From Candidatus Kuenenia stuttgartensis (GTDB lineage Bacteria > Planctomycetota > Planctomycetia > Pirellulales > UBA1268), in NCBI GenBank assembly GCA_945883745.1, contig CAMCYH010000001.1:16946-80945 (forward strand): a DNA stretch of 64,000 nt, written 5' to 3'. Position 1 is the stretch's first letter; the number at the start of each line of letters is the position of its first letter. The position numbers were made by a program, and so were the translations under genes. Positions 1 through 9,296 of this stretch are shown here, in pieces. Below the pieces are notes generated by a model. It saw nothing but the letters and a program-made list of their open reading frames with translations, was not told the origin of the DNA and did no database searches.

Positions 1-158
1 AGCGGCGGCGAAAGAGTCCGTTGAAGTCGAGTTGAAAAAGGGCTGCGAAGCCCCCTTCGGCGCTCAGGACTCGCGGGCATTGGGTTCGCCGCATGTGAGC
101 CGGCAGGCGGGCCATTGCCTGCTCGTACAGTTCGAGGTTGACTCCGGCGCTGGAATAG

Positions 159-2465
159 GTGGCACCTGACACGATTCATCCATTTTCGAGGGCAGGAAAC
201 TGGTATCATCCCACTGCCATGCCACCCCGCAAGTCCACGGCGCCCAAAACGATCGCCAAGCGTGCCCACGGTCGCCAGCCCCTGCCGGCGTTCCAGTTCA
301 GCCATCCCCTGCCCTACGGCGCGGTGCTGCATGACAAGGGCGTCCAGTTCGTGGTTTACAGCCGGTCAGCCACGGCGATGCGGGTGCTGCTCTACGACGC
401 GGTGGGGGATCCTGAGCCCGCCGAAGTGATCGCCCTCGATCCGGCCAGGGATCGGTGGGGTGATATCTGGAGCATCTACGTGCCCGGCCTTAGGCCTGGG
501 CAACTCTACCACTTCCAGGCCGACGGGCCCTTTGATCCCGAACGTGGACAGCGGTTCGACGGCGAGGCCCGGCTCATCGACCCGTATGCCCAGGCCCTCG
601 CCGGATCCTATCTACCCGGTGACGACGGGATCGTGCGGCCGCCCAAGTGCGTGGTCATCGATGACTCGTTTGACTGGCAGGGAGACCGCCATCTCCGCCG
701 CGGCCTCGCCGACACGGTGATCTACGAGATGCATGTGAAGGGGTTTACGGAGAGCCCCTCGAGCGGTGTCGAGCATCCTGGCACGTATCTTGGGGTGATC
801 GAAAAGATTCCGTATCTCAAGTCGCTGGGGGTGACTGCCGTCGAGCTGATGCCGGTGCACGAGTTTCCCACGGAGGAGCCTTCCGGCGCAGTGGCCGCCC
901 GACGCAACTACTGGGGCTATGACCCGATGGCCTTCTTCGCACCCCACCGGGGCTATGCGGCGGGCACGGAGCCAGGCTGCCAGGTTCGCGAATTCAAGGA
1001 GATGGTGCGGGCCCTCCACGCAGCCGGGATCGAGGTGATTCTCGACGTCGTCTTCAATCACACCGCTGAAGGCAACGAACTCGGCCCGACGTTGTCCTTC
1101 AAGGGCTTGGAAAACCACGTCTACTACATGCTGAGCGAAGGGGGCCGCTACTACCGTAACTACACGGGGTGCGGCAACACCGTGAACGGCAACCATCCGA
1201 TCGTGCGTGAGTTGATCCTCCGCTGTCTGCGGCACTGGGTGCATACCTATCACGTCGACGGCTTCCGGTTCGATCTGGCGAGCATCCTCTCCCGCGACCG
1301 CAACGGCGACATCCTCCCCAACCCGCCGATCGTCGAGGTGATCACGGAAGACCCAATGCTCGCTGACACGAAGATCATCGCCGAGGCCTGGGACGCGGCC
1401 GGAGCGTACCAGGTGGGATCCTTTGCCAGCATGCGGTGGGCCGAGTGGAATGGCCGCTATCGGGATGACGTCCGGCGCTACTGGCGGGGGGACTTCGCCC
1501 AGACGGGCCATCTCGCCACGCGGCTTGCCGGCTCGAGCGATCTGTACGGCGACGACGGCCGCCAGCCCTTCCATTCGATCAACTTTGTGACGTCGCACGA
1601 TGGGTTCACACTCAACGATCTGGTGAGCTATCGCGAGAAGCACAATGACATCAACGGCGAGGGCAACCGCGACGGCGACAACAATAATTTTTCGGACAAC
1701 TACGGGATCGAAGGGCCCACGAAGCGGGCTGACATCGAGGGCCTTCGCGAGCGGCAGATTCGCAACATGCTCGCCACGCTGCTGCTCAGCCAGGGCGTGC
1801 CAATGCTGCTGTCTGGCGACGAGTGCCGTCGTACTCAGCAGGGAAACAACAATGCCTACTGTCAAGACAACGAGATTTCGTGGTTTGACTGGAGCCTCGT
1901 CGAGACGAACCAGGATCTCGTGCGGTTCGTTCGGGAATTGATCCGTCTGCGGCTCGACAACCCGACACTGCGGCGGCGGTCGTTTCTGGAAGGCGGCCGG
2001 TCGGCGGATGGCATGCTGCCCGACGTCGAGTGGTACTCCCCGGATGGCACACACGTCGATTGGTATGCCGCCGACGCAAGTCTGACGTGCTTCTTCAGTG
2101 CACCATCGGCTGTGAAACTCCACGATGCGGCCGACATCGCCGCTGGCGGCATCGAGGGAACTCCCCGGCACGTGCTCATTTTCTGTCATGCCGGCGGCCT
2201 GCCTCGCACGTTTCATTTTCCGCAGTCGCCAGTCATTGCCGGCCTGCCCTGGCGGGTGTTCGTCGAAACCGCCAAACTGCCGCCCCACGACATCTTCCCG
2301 GGCGGTGCCGGCCCGCTGGTCAATGTGTCGAAGCCGCTCGAACTCCCTGAACGGTCGCTTGTCTGCCTTACGGCCGATGTGGTGCCGCCGCTGCATCAGC
2401 CACGGTTGCCGGCCCCGGCAGCGCGACCAGACCCCGGTCGACCCGCGGATGGCAAACACCCATGA
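159..2465 (+). CDS. glgX: Glycogen debranching enzyme GlgX (GH13, isoamylase-type)
   Basis: 768-aa ORF with GH13 conserved regions VILDVVFNHT, GFRFDLAS, IAEAWD and FVTSHDGF. It has an N-terminal CBM48-like segment (GVQFVVYSRSATAMRVLLYD). The ORF opens at GTG 159; ATG 219 (MPPRKST) is an alternative start. Confidence 0.93.
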   Translation: MAPDTIHPFSRAGNWYHPTAMPPRKSTAPKTIAKRAHGRQPLPAFQFSHPLPYGAVLHDKGVQFVVYSRSATAMRVLLYDAVGDPEPAEVIALDPARDRWGDIWSIYVPGLRPGQLYHFQADGPFDPERGQRFDGEARLIDPYAQALAGSYLPGDDGIVRPPKCVVIDDSFDWQGDRHLRRGLADTVIYEMHVKGFTESPSSGVEHPGTYLGVIEKIPYLKSLGVTAVELMPVHEFPTEEPSGAVAARRNYWGYDPMAFFAPHRGYAAGTEPGCQVREFKEMVRALHAAGIEVILDVVFNHTAEGNELGPTLSFKGLENHVYYMLSEGGRYYRNYTGCGNTVNGNHPIVRELILRCLRHWVHTYHVDGFRFDLASILSRDRNGDILPNPPIVEVITEDPMLADTKIIAEAWDAAGAYQVGSFASMRWAEWNGRYRDDVRRYWRGDFAQTGHLATRLAGSSDLYGDDGRQPFHSINFVTSHDGFTLNDLVSYREKHNDINGEGNRDGDNNNFSDNYGIEGPTKRADIEGLRERQIRNMLATLLLSQGVPMLLSGDECRRTQQGNNNAYCQDNEISWFDWSLVETNQDLVRFVRELIRLRLDNPTLRRRSFLEGGRSADGMLPDVEWYSPDGTHVDWYAADASLTCFFSAPSAVKLHDAADIAAGGIEGTPRHVLIFCHAGGLPRTFHFPQSPVIAGLPWRVFVETAKLPPHDIFPGGAGPLVNVSKPLELPERSLVCLTADVVPPLHQPRLPAPAARPDPGRPADGKHP

Positions 2466-2673
2466 TTAGCCGAGGAGGTGCTCCATTACCAAGCCGCGAG
2501 CCGCGAGCCCGGTGGAATGCAGCGGAGCCCGTTAGTGCGTCATCCCCCCGGCTCGCGCCCGGCGGCCTGGTGGGGAACCGGGTTGTCTCTTCTGGAACGG
2601 TGACGCTACGATGTTGTTGCACAGGGATTGCATTTACGAACTCGGTCATCGTTTGTCGTCGAGGAGGTTGGTC

Positions 2674-3312
2674 ATGGTGAGGCTTACGGTGCAGTCTGAA
2701 ACCGCGGTGGTGATCGCGACGATGGCGGCAGGATTTTTTTTCGCAAGCGGCTGCGCACCACAGAAGGCGCCCCAAGCCAAACTGGCGACTGCGAAGGCGT
2801 CGGATGACCATGATCACGGTCATGGCAAGAAAGACACTCACGATGATCATGATCACGACCATGACCATGGTGAGCATGCGGCTCACGACACGCTCGCCGG
2901 TGCTGTGGCGGAACTCATCAAGATTTCTGCGAACGTCAAAGAAGAGCTTGGCAAAAAAAATCTTGACGATGCCGATGGTCATGTGCACATGGTCGGCCAT
3001 TTGGTCGACGACATGCACCGCCTGGTCGGGTCGGCAAAACTTTCCGATGACGCCAAGGCCGCCGCAGCGAAGGCCCTCGATGAGATCTTCGACTCCTTCG
3101 ATAAACTCGACACGGCCCTTCACTCCTCCGATGAAAAGGTGCGAGAAGCGATCGACTATCTGGAGCACGAGCCTCGCATTCAAGCCGCGATCGAGGACCT
3201 GAAGAAGGCTGCTGCCGCAATCCAGGACGGTGCGGCGGATGCTGTGAGAGCGGCTGAAAAGGCTGCCGAAGGACTGAAAGAGTCGGTGGGCGATAGTGGT
3301 GCCGATCAATAA
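2674..3312 (+). CDS. His/Asp-rich putative metal-binding lipoprotein (helical)
   Basis: ATG 2674 lies 7 nt after AGGAGG (2661-2666). It has a signal/lipobox-like N-terminus (AAGFFFASGC), then DDHDHGHGKKDTHDDHDHDHDHGEH and a second His cluster HVHMVGHLVDDMH. The remainder is A/E/K/D-rich and helical. No family name recognised. Confidence 0.6.
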   Translation: MVRLTVQSETAVVIATMAAGFFFASGCAPQKAPQAKLATAKASDDHDHGHGKKDTHDDHDHDHDHGEHAAHDTLAGAVAELIKISANVKEELGKKNLDDADGHVHMVGHLVDDMHRLVGSAKLSDDAKAAAAKALDEIFDSFDKLDTALHSSDEKVREAIDYLEHEPRIQAAIEDLKKAAAAIQDGAADAVRAAEKAAEGLKESVGDSGADQ

Positions 3313-3322
3313 AGGAGTGACA

Positions 3323-3862
3323 ATGCGACATGCCGTTTTGATGCATCTGGTGGTGGCTCCGCTTGTCTACCTCGTGCCGTCGGTAGCGCTGGCCTTGGAG
3401 GCGGTTGATGCTGCCGGTGCGCGGCAGCAATTGGTGCTGGCTACCGAGCCGGCGGGTGCGGTCACCCCGACGGCTGCCCGGCAGCAGCTGCTCAAGTCAC
3501 CGGCCCACGTGCCTCAGCCGCTCGTGGTTGCTGGGCGGCTCGGGGCGAAGGGAATGGAGCCTTTCCTCGAGAACAAGGCGTCGTTTGTCCTTGTGGAAAT
3601 TCCGACTGATGACCATGCCAAGAAGCCGGGTCACGATGCCGACAATTGTCCCTTCTGCAAAAAGAAGCAGGCCAACGCCCCGATGGTGGCCGTGCAGTTC
3701 CTCGGCGCCGACGGGAAGGTGATCCCGATTGATTCGCGACAGTTGTTCGGCATCACCAAGGGGAGCGATGTGGTCGTGAAGGGCACCGCGGTGTTCGATC
3801 CAAAACTCGCGTTGCCGATCGTGCAGTTCACGGCCGACGGGATTTTCGTCCGTGGCCAGTAG
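3323..3862 (+). CDS. Secreted hypothetical protein with CxxC motif
   Basis: ATG 3323 lies 7 nt after AAGGAG (3311-3316), directly after the stop of the His-rich gene. It has a hydrophobic signal-like N-terminus (LMHLVVAPLVYLVPSVALA). An HD-rich patch precedes the cysteine pair (DDHAKKPGHDADNCPFCKKK). Confidence 0.6.
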   Translation: MRHAVLMHLVVAPLVYLVPSVALALEAVDAAGARQQLVLATEPAGAVTPTAARQQLLKSPAHVPQPLVVAGRLGAKGMEPFLENKASFVLVEIPTDDHAKKPGHDADNCPFCKKKQANAPMVAVQFLGADGKVIPIDSRQLFGITKGSDVVVKGTAVFDPKLALPIVQFTADGIFVRGQ

Positions 3863-3880
3863 TCGCGAGCAGTTCCAGTC

Positions 3881-4360
3881 ATGCATGTGGCTTTCAAGGA
3901 ATGGGCAGCGATCTGCCGGGCACTGGCCACGGGCCGCCAAGACGTCATTCTTCGCAAGGGAGGCATCGTTGAACCGGGCGGGGCGTTCTGTCTCGACCAT
4001 CGCCGATTTCTCCTTCTGCCGACGTTTCTCCACCAATCGGCTGAGCAATTGATCCCGGAAGCCCGGGATCTCCTCGAGGGGATCAACGCCGACCGTCCGC
4101 CTGACGGGAGCGTCGTGCTTACGCATGAGGCGGAAATACTGCAAGCCACGCGTGTCGAATCGTTCGACGCCTTGACGCGGTTTCGAGGCCGGCACGTCTG
4201 GGCTGATGCGGTGGTGGCGGAGCGGTTTCACCGCTGGAAGGATGAACTGCACGTGCTGGAAGTCGTGGTGCGGCCTCTTGCGGAGCCCCTGATTCTCCCC
4301 TGGCATACCGACTACAGCGGCTGTAAGTCGTGGGTCGATCTCCGCGCGGTAGACTCCTGA
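3881..4360 (+). CDS. DUF1802 family protein
   Basis: The N-terminus AFKEWAAICRALATGRQDVILRKGGIVEPGGAFCLDHRRFLLLPTFLHQ matches the pattern I recall for DUF1802 (LKEWA...LLLRKGGI...F.L.PT..HQ). Confidence 0.7.
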   Translation: MHVAFKEWAAICRALATGRQDVILRKGGIVEPGGAFCLDHRRFLLLPTFLHQSAEQLIPEARDLLEGINADRPPDGSVVLTHEAEILQATRVESFDALTRFRGRHVWADAVVAERFHRWKDELHVLEVVVRPLAEPLILPWHTDYSGCKSWVDLRAVDS

Positions 4361-4386
4361 CCCTCGGGCCAGGATATTCGGGCATC

Positions 4387-5910
4387 ATGCCGCTTCTCGC
4401 ACAGGGTGAACTCGCCACACTCAACCTCTCGCCGGCAGCGGTATGGCTTCTCGGCGGAGCGCTGGTTGCCTACGTACTTTTTCTGCTCGCAATCAGTATG
4501 TATGCCAGTCGGCGTGTCGAGAACGAGGCCGACTACCTCGTTGCCGGCCGGCGGCTTCCGCTCTTCCTGGCGTGGGGTACGCTGCTCGCTACATGGTTTG
4601 GGGCGGCGACGATGTTTGCCGCCGCCGGCGCCGCCCGCGATGAGGGACTGCTCGGAGTGGTGCTCGACCCGTTTGCCTGCGCGGGCACACTTGTGCTTTC
4701 CGGCATCTTCTTCGCGAGGCCGCTGTGGCGAATGGAACTCTTCACGATGGCGGACTTCTACCGTCGTCGGTATGGACCAGCCGCCGAGGTGGTCGGGGCC
4801 TGCATCCAGGTGCCTGCGTACTTTTCGTGGGTCGCGTTGCAATACACCGCTCTCGCAAGAATCCTCGAGCTCTACTTTGGGATCCCGTTCATCCTGGGCG
4901 TGATCGTGGTCGCCGGTGTGACCCTGATCTACACGCTCGCTGGCGGCATGTGGTCGGTGACGCTCACCGACACCGTTCAGATTGTGGTAGCCCTGATCGG
5001 CCTCGTCGTGCTTCTTGTGGCGACCCTTTCCGATCCACGGCTGGGCGACGGTGACCCGGTCCGGGGGCTCATGTATGTATTTGAGCAGGTGGCAGTGACC
5101 CACCCGGACCATTTGCGGCTCGTCCCCGCCGACACGTCGCTGGCGGTCATGCTGGGCTGGCTCGGGGCCTGGGCGACGGGCCTTTTTGGCAACATCCCCG
5201 GACAAGACCTCCAACAACGGGCATTCGCGGCGAAGAGCCCCAACACGGCGATGTACGCCTGCATCCTGGCCGGCGTGCTGTATCTGCTGTTCGGCATGAT
5301 TCCCGTGACGCTCGGCCTCGCGTCGCTTGTGACGCACCCGCATCATTCGATCGATCCGGTCGGCTTCTTGGCAGGCGAATATCTTTCTACGGGCATGTTG
5401 GTGGTGTTTGTGGTGGCTGTCGTGTCCATGGTGGTTTCCACGGCGACGAGTGCAGTCCTAGCGCCGGCCACCATCCTTGGCCACAACCTGCTGTCACGGC
5501 TGCCGGCAGTTGCGGGCCGCCCGCTCTTTCGTGATCGAATGAGTGTTGTTTTCGTGTCGCTGGGGGGCATTCTGCTGGCGATGTGGGGGAAATCATTGAT
5601 GGCGCTGCTCGACGTGGCCCTTTCGATCCAGCTGGTCGCACTTTTCGTGCCGTTGCTGATGGGCATCTACGGTCGACCGCGGGGGCCGCTCGCGGGGATT
5701 CTTTCGATGCTGTTAGGCTTCGGGGCATGGCTGGCGGCGTTTACGGTGGAGCACCTTGATGGCCACATGTCGGCGTCACTCTTTTCCATGATCACGACCG
5801 TTCCATCCGACTTCTGGGGGCTCGGCTTCGCGGTTGTCGGATACATTATCGGCCAGGCATTTTCGGGACAGCGGGCCGTGTCAGTCCTCCAGGAGGTATC
5901 CGCATCATGA
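4387..5910 (+). CDS. Sodium:solute symporter (SSS family) transporter
   Basis: Multi-TM protein with the SSS N-terminal signature LVAGRRLPLFLAWGTLLATWFGAATM. ATG 4387 is preferred over ORF start 4330. Its stop overlaps the next start (ATGA at 5907-5910). Confidence 0.85.
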   Translation: MPLLAQGELATLNLSPAAVWLLGGALVAYVLFLLAISMYASRRVENEADYLVAGRRLPLFLAWGTLLATWFGAATMFAAAGAARDEGLLGVVLDPFACAGTLVLSGIFFARPLWRMELFTMADFYRRRYGPAAEVVGACIQVPAYFSWVALQYTALARILELYFGIPFILGVIVVAGVTLIYTLAGGMWSVTLTDTVQIVVALIGLVVLLVATLSDPRLGDGDPVRGLMYVFEQVAVTHPDHLRLVPADTSLAVMLGWLGAWATGLFGNIPGQDLQQRAFAAKSPNTAMYACILAGVLYLLFGMIPVTLGLASLVTHPHHSIDPVGFLAGEYLSTGMLVVFVVAVVSMVVSTATSAVLAPATILGHNLLSRLPAVAGRPLFRDRMSVVFVSLGGILLAMWGKSLMALLDVALSIQLVALFVPLLMGIYGRPRGPLAGILSMLLGFGAWLAAFTVEHLDGHMSASLFSMITTVPSDFWGLGFAVVGYIIGQAFSGQRAVSVLQEVSAS

Positions 5911-7577
5911 ATCTCATTCGCGCAGTGGTTGTGGTTGCCGTGATCATCGGTGTGTCGAGCCGAGCGGCGGAGGCTGAACCCCGGGGCAGGTTGACCAAGG
6001 ATGTCCTGACCGACAGCCGATTGTTCCCTGGTGCAAGGCACGAGTATCAGGTCTACGTGCCGGCGGGGTATACGGCCGCGACGCCGGCAGCGCTGATGGT
6101 GTTTCAGGATGGTGCTGCGTATGCCAAGCCGGATGGGGCCTTCAGGGCCGCGGCGGCGTTTGACGCGTTGATCGACAAGGGGACGATGCCGGTAACGGTT
6201 GCGGTGTTCGTGAATCCTGGTGTCGTGCCGCCGACGAGAGACGGAGCGAAGCCACAGAGCATTCGCTCATTCGAGTACGACTCTCTGTCGGATCGCTACG
6301 TACGGTTTCTCATCGAGGAATTGCTGCCAGTCGCCCTTAAGGACCTAAACATCTCTGCCGACCCGGCGCGGCGGGCGATCTGTGGCATGTCGTCGGGGGG
6401 AATCTGCGCCTTCACGGCCGCCTGGAAGCGGCCCGACCAGTTTGGCAAGGTCATGAGCCACATCGGCAGCTTTACGAACATCCGTGGCGGTGATGTCTAC
6501 CCAGCGATCATCCGCAAGACGGAGCCCAAGCCGATCCGTGTCTACCTCGAGGATGCCAGCGGCGACCTCGACAACCTCCACGGGAGTTGGCCGCTCGCCA
6601 ATCAGGAGATGGCCGCTGCACTCAAGTCCATGGGCTACGACATGCGGTTCGACTACGCCGAGGGGTTTGGGCACAGCGGCAAGCACGGCGGCGAACTGTT
6701 CATCGAGGCGCTCACGTGGCTGTGGCGCGACGATTCGCACGACGCCCCATTCGACGCGTCGGCTCCGCTTGGCGGTGATCGCCCCCTCCGGCGGCAACTG
6801 ATTCCGGGCGAGGCGTGGAACGTCGTCGTCGACGGCCTCGGCTTTGCCGACGCCCCCTGCACCGATGCCGCGGGAAATTTCTATTTTTGCGATATGAAGG
6901 CGTCGGCGGTGTACCGCGTGTCGGCTGCCGACGGCACACAGGAGACGCTCGCTAACGAGTCGGTGAGCGGCCTCGAGTTTGGGCCCGACGGTCGACTCTA
7001 CGGCTGCCAAGGGGGCAAGCAGCGGGTGATCGCGATTGACCCGGCGACCGGAAAGTCGGAGGCAATCGCCTCGGGTGTCACGCCCAATGATCTGGCGATC
7101 ACCCCGGATGGCTTCCTCTATTTCACCGACACGAAAGCCGGCGAAGTGAAGCGAGTCACGATCGCGACGGGCGCGGTCACGGTTGCGGCGAAGGGGCTGG
7201 CTGGCCCCAACGGCATCACGCTTTCCACTGACGGTGGAACACTGGCCGTTTCGGAATACCGTGGGGAGCAGGTCTGGACGTTTCGGGTGAATCCCGACGG
7301 GGCACTCGACGCCGGTATGCCGACCATGACACTGCGACGGGGTGAGGGGCCCGAGGCCCGCGGTGACGGTATGGCGGTCGATATTGCAGACCGGTATTAC
7401 GTGACAAGCGCCGTTGGTATTCAGGTCTTCGATCCAACCGGCAGGCTCTCCGGCGTCATGGCGACGCCAAATCCGGCAAAGCCGCTGACCAGCTGCATCC
7501 TTGCCGGGCCGGACCACGAGTATCTCTACGTCACCAACGGCGACACGATTTTCCGCCGCCGGCTGAAAATCGATTGA
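5907..7577 (+). CDS. Secreted esterase (enterochelin/putative-esterase type, GxSxG) fused to an SMP-30/gluconolactonase-like beta-propeller
   Basis: Signal peptide present. The esterase half carries GMSSGG and HIGSFTNIRGG. The C-terminal half has lactonase-type repeats (AGNFYFCDMKASAVYRV, PNDLAITPDGFLYFTDT, PNGITLSTDGGTLAVSE). AGGAGG lies at 5891-5896, upstream of the ATG. Confidence 0.85.
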   Translation: MNLIRAVVVVAVIIGVSSRAAEAEPRGRLTKDVLTDSRLFPGARHEYQVYVPAGYTAATPAALMVFQDGAAYAKPDGAFRAAAAFDALIDKGTMPVTVAVFVNPGVVPPTRDGAKPQSIRSFEYDSLSDRYVRFLIEELLPVALKDLNISADPARRAICGMSSGGICAFTAAWKRPDQFGKVMSHIGSFTNIRGGDVYPAIIRKTEPKPIRVYLEDASGDLDNLHGSWPLANQEMAAALKSMGYDMRFDYAEGFGHSGKHGGELFIEALTWLWRDDSHDAPFDASAPLGGDRPLRRQLIPGEAWNVVVDGLGFADAPCTDAAGNFYFCDMKASAVYRVSAADGTQETLANESVSGLEFGPDGRLYGCQGGKQRVIAIDPATGKSEAIASGVTPNDLAITPDGFLYFTDTKAGEVKRVTIATGAVTVAAKGLAGPNGITLSTDGGTLAVSEYRGEQVWTFRVNPDGALDAGMPTMTLRRGEGPEARGDGMAVDIADRYYVTSAVGIQVFDPTGRLSGVMATPNPAKPLTSCILAGPDHEYLYVTNGDTIFRRRLKID

Positions 7578-7607
7578 CGACCTCTCCACCGATCCAACGG
7601 AAATCGC

Positions 7608-9194
7608 TCAGTGGCGATCGGCGATGCCTTCGACCAGCCGCATGATGCCGAGTGGATTGCCATCTTTGAGGGCGTCGGGCAGGAGTGACGGTGGCACGTC
7701 CTGATAGCAAACCGGTCGGATAAACCGCTCGAGGGCCGCGCTCCCAACGCTCGTGAACCGCGAGTCGCTCGTGGCCGGCCATGGCCCACCGTGCTGCATC
7801 GCATGGCACACCTCGACACCCGTCGGCCACCCATTGACGATCAGTCGGCCCGCCTTGGTCGCGAGAATGGCGACCAGATGATGCGCTGTCGCCACATCCT
7901 CATCCGTCCCGTGGACCGTCGCCGTCAGTTGCCCCTCGAGCCGCTGTGCGAGTGCCCCGAACTGGTCGGCAGAGCGACACTTCACGATGAGACTGAACGG
8001 CCCAAATACCTCCTCGGCAAGCTGTGGCCGCGCGAGGAACGTGGCCGCATCAGTCTCCAGGACGATCGCCGCTGCCTGGGTCTTCGCGGCGTCGGCTGGA
8101 CTGGCCGAGTGGGTGACGACTGCCATGCCGGCGTCCCCACTCAGCGAGTCACGACCGTGCCCAAAAGCCGTGAGAATGTCGGCCGACAGCATCGAGGCCG
8201 GAGCGACGGCGGTGATCGCCTCGGTGAGACCCGCGATGAATGAGTCCAGATGAGGGCCCGTGATCCCGAAGACGATGCCCGGCTTGGTGCAAAACTGGCC
8301 CACGCCGAGCGTCATCGAGGCGGCGAAGCCCTTCGCAATCTCCCCGGCGCGGTCGGCCAGGGCACCCGGGAGGAGAAACACCGGATTGAGGCTGCTCATT
8401 TCAGCGAAGACGGGAATCGGATCGGGCCGGGCAGCAGCGACGTTGCAAAGCGCCCGCCCTGCCGTCCTCGATCCGGTGAATCCGACGGCCTGCGTCGCGG
8501 GGTGCTTTACAAGGGCCGTACCGATCACGCCTCCTTCGCCATGCAGCATCGAAAACGTGCCCGCCGGGAGGCCGCAGGCCTCGACGGCCCGCTGGATCGC
8601 GCCGGCAACGAGTTCCGACGTGCCGGGATGGGCGCGGTGGGCCTTCACGACGACCGGGTTCCCAGTGCACAGTGCACTGGCGGTGTCCCCACCGGCCACC
8701 GAGAACGCAAGCGGAAAATTGCTGCTGCCGAAGACCACGACAGGCCCCATCGGCCGCTTCATGCGACGCAGGTCGGGCCGCGGGAGGGGCTGCCGCTCTG
8801 GCATAGCGCGGTCGATGCGGGCGTCGACCCATGAGCCGTCGCGGGCCAGCGCGGCAAACAGTCGCAACTGATTGACGGTTCGTCCGCGCTCGCCGGTGAG
8901 TCGGGCCGCCGGGAGCGCCGTCTCGAGGCCGGCCCGCTCGATAAGAGAGTCGCCCAACGCAGTGATTTCGTCGGCGATCCGCTCGAGGAATGCCGCGCGG
9001 GCCTCGCCTGTGGTCTGGGCAAAGAGCCCTGCCGCTGCGGCCGCGGCCTGGATCGCGGCCTCGACGTCGTCGAGCGACGCCAGGCAAAAGCGGCCGGGAA
9101 GGTCGCCGCGATCGAGCGGGCTCGTTGCCGCAAACGTGCGATCAGAGTCAGTGAGCGATCCGGCGACAAAATTCTTGCCGTGAAGTGTGGGCAT
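7608..9194 (-). CDS. NAD(P)+ aldehyde dehydrogenase, alpha-ketoglutaric semialdehyde dehydrogenase-like
   Basis: ALDH motifs VKAHRAHPGTSEL, FTGSRTAGRAL, catalytic Cys in GVGQFCTKPG, and EVFGPFSLIV. Start set at ATG 9194 (MPTLHGKNFVAG). The upstream 133 codons of the ORF are low-complexity and treated as non-coding. Confidence 0.88.
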   Translation of the reverse strand: MPTLHGKNFVAGSLTDSDRTFAATSPLDRGDLPGRFCLASLDDVEAAIQAAAAAAGLFAQTTGEARAAFLERIADEITALGDSLIERAGLETALPAARLTGERGRTVNQLRLFAALARDGSWVDARIDRAMPERQPLPRPDLRRMKRPMGPVVVFGSSNFPLAFSVAGGDTASALCTGNPVVVKAHRAHPGTSELVAGAIQRAVEACGLPAGTFSMLHGEGGVIGTALVKHPATQAVGFTGSRTAGRALCNVAAARPDPIPVFAEMSSLNPVFLLPGALADRAGEIAKGFAASMTLGVGQFCTKPGIVFGITGPHLDSFIAGLTEAITAVAPASMLSADILTAFGHGRDSLSGDAGMAVVTHSASPADAAKTQAAAIVLETDAATFLARPQLAEEVFGPFSLIVKCRSADQFGALAQRLEGQLTATVHGTDEDVATAHHLVAILATKAGRLIVNGWPTGVEVCHAMQHGGPWPATSDSRFTSVGSAALERFIRPVCYQDVPPSLLPDALKDGNPLGIMRLVEGIADRH

Positions 9195-9296
9195 AATCAA
9201 CTCCAGGAATGCCAGGGAGATCGGCGGGGCCAGGTCTCTGGCGGAGAGTGTACTCTCTGTGATACGAACGCTCTCAGGAAGACGTGTTGTGTGGAG

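Noticed and set aside
1-158. Possible gene fragment at the left edge: an open minus-strand frame reading ...ELYEQAMARLPAHMRRTQCPRVLSAEGGFAALFQLDFNGLF.
   Set aside because: It is too short, has no recognisable motif and has an ambiguous start. It cannot be distinguished from random open frame in GC-rich sequence, so I do not report it as a feature.
612-2459. 615-aa ORF on the minus strand, antisense to glgX.
   Set aside because: This is a shadow ORF typical of high-GC DNA. Its translation is R/G/A/P/V-rich with no recognisable motif, while the plus-strand frame carries the complete set of GH13 signatures. I apply the same reasoning to the other long antisense ORFs: 6345-7589, 10532-11767, 14493-15512, 16600-17484, 18063-19013, 22357-22992, 34954-36231, 40480-41286, 41341-42333, 42324-43376, 43540-44493, 47873-48721, 49309-50055, 51288-52280, 53835-54551, 54647-55432, 55922-56593, 57808-58815, 59003-60010 and 60961-62028.
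2803-2877. Nucleotide-level (GAY-CAY)n microsatellite-like repeat.
   Set aside because: It is in frame within the lipoprotein ORF and encodes the Asp/His tract. It is interrupted and codon-varied, so it is better explained as coding low complexity than as a non-coding simple repeat.
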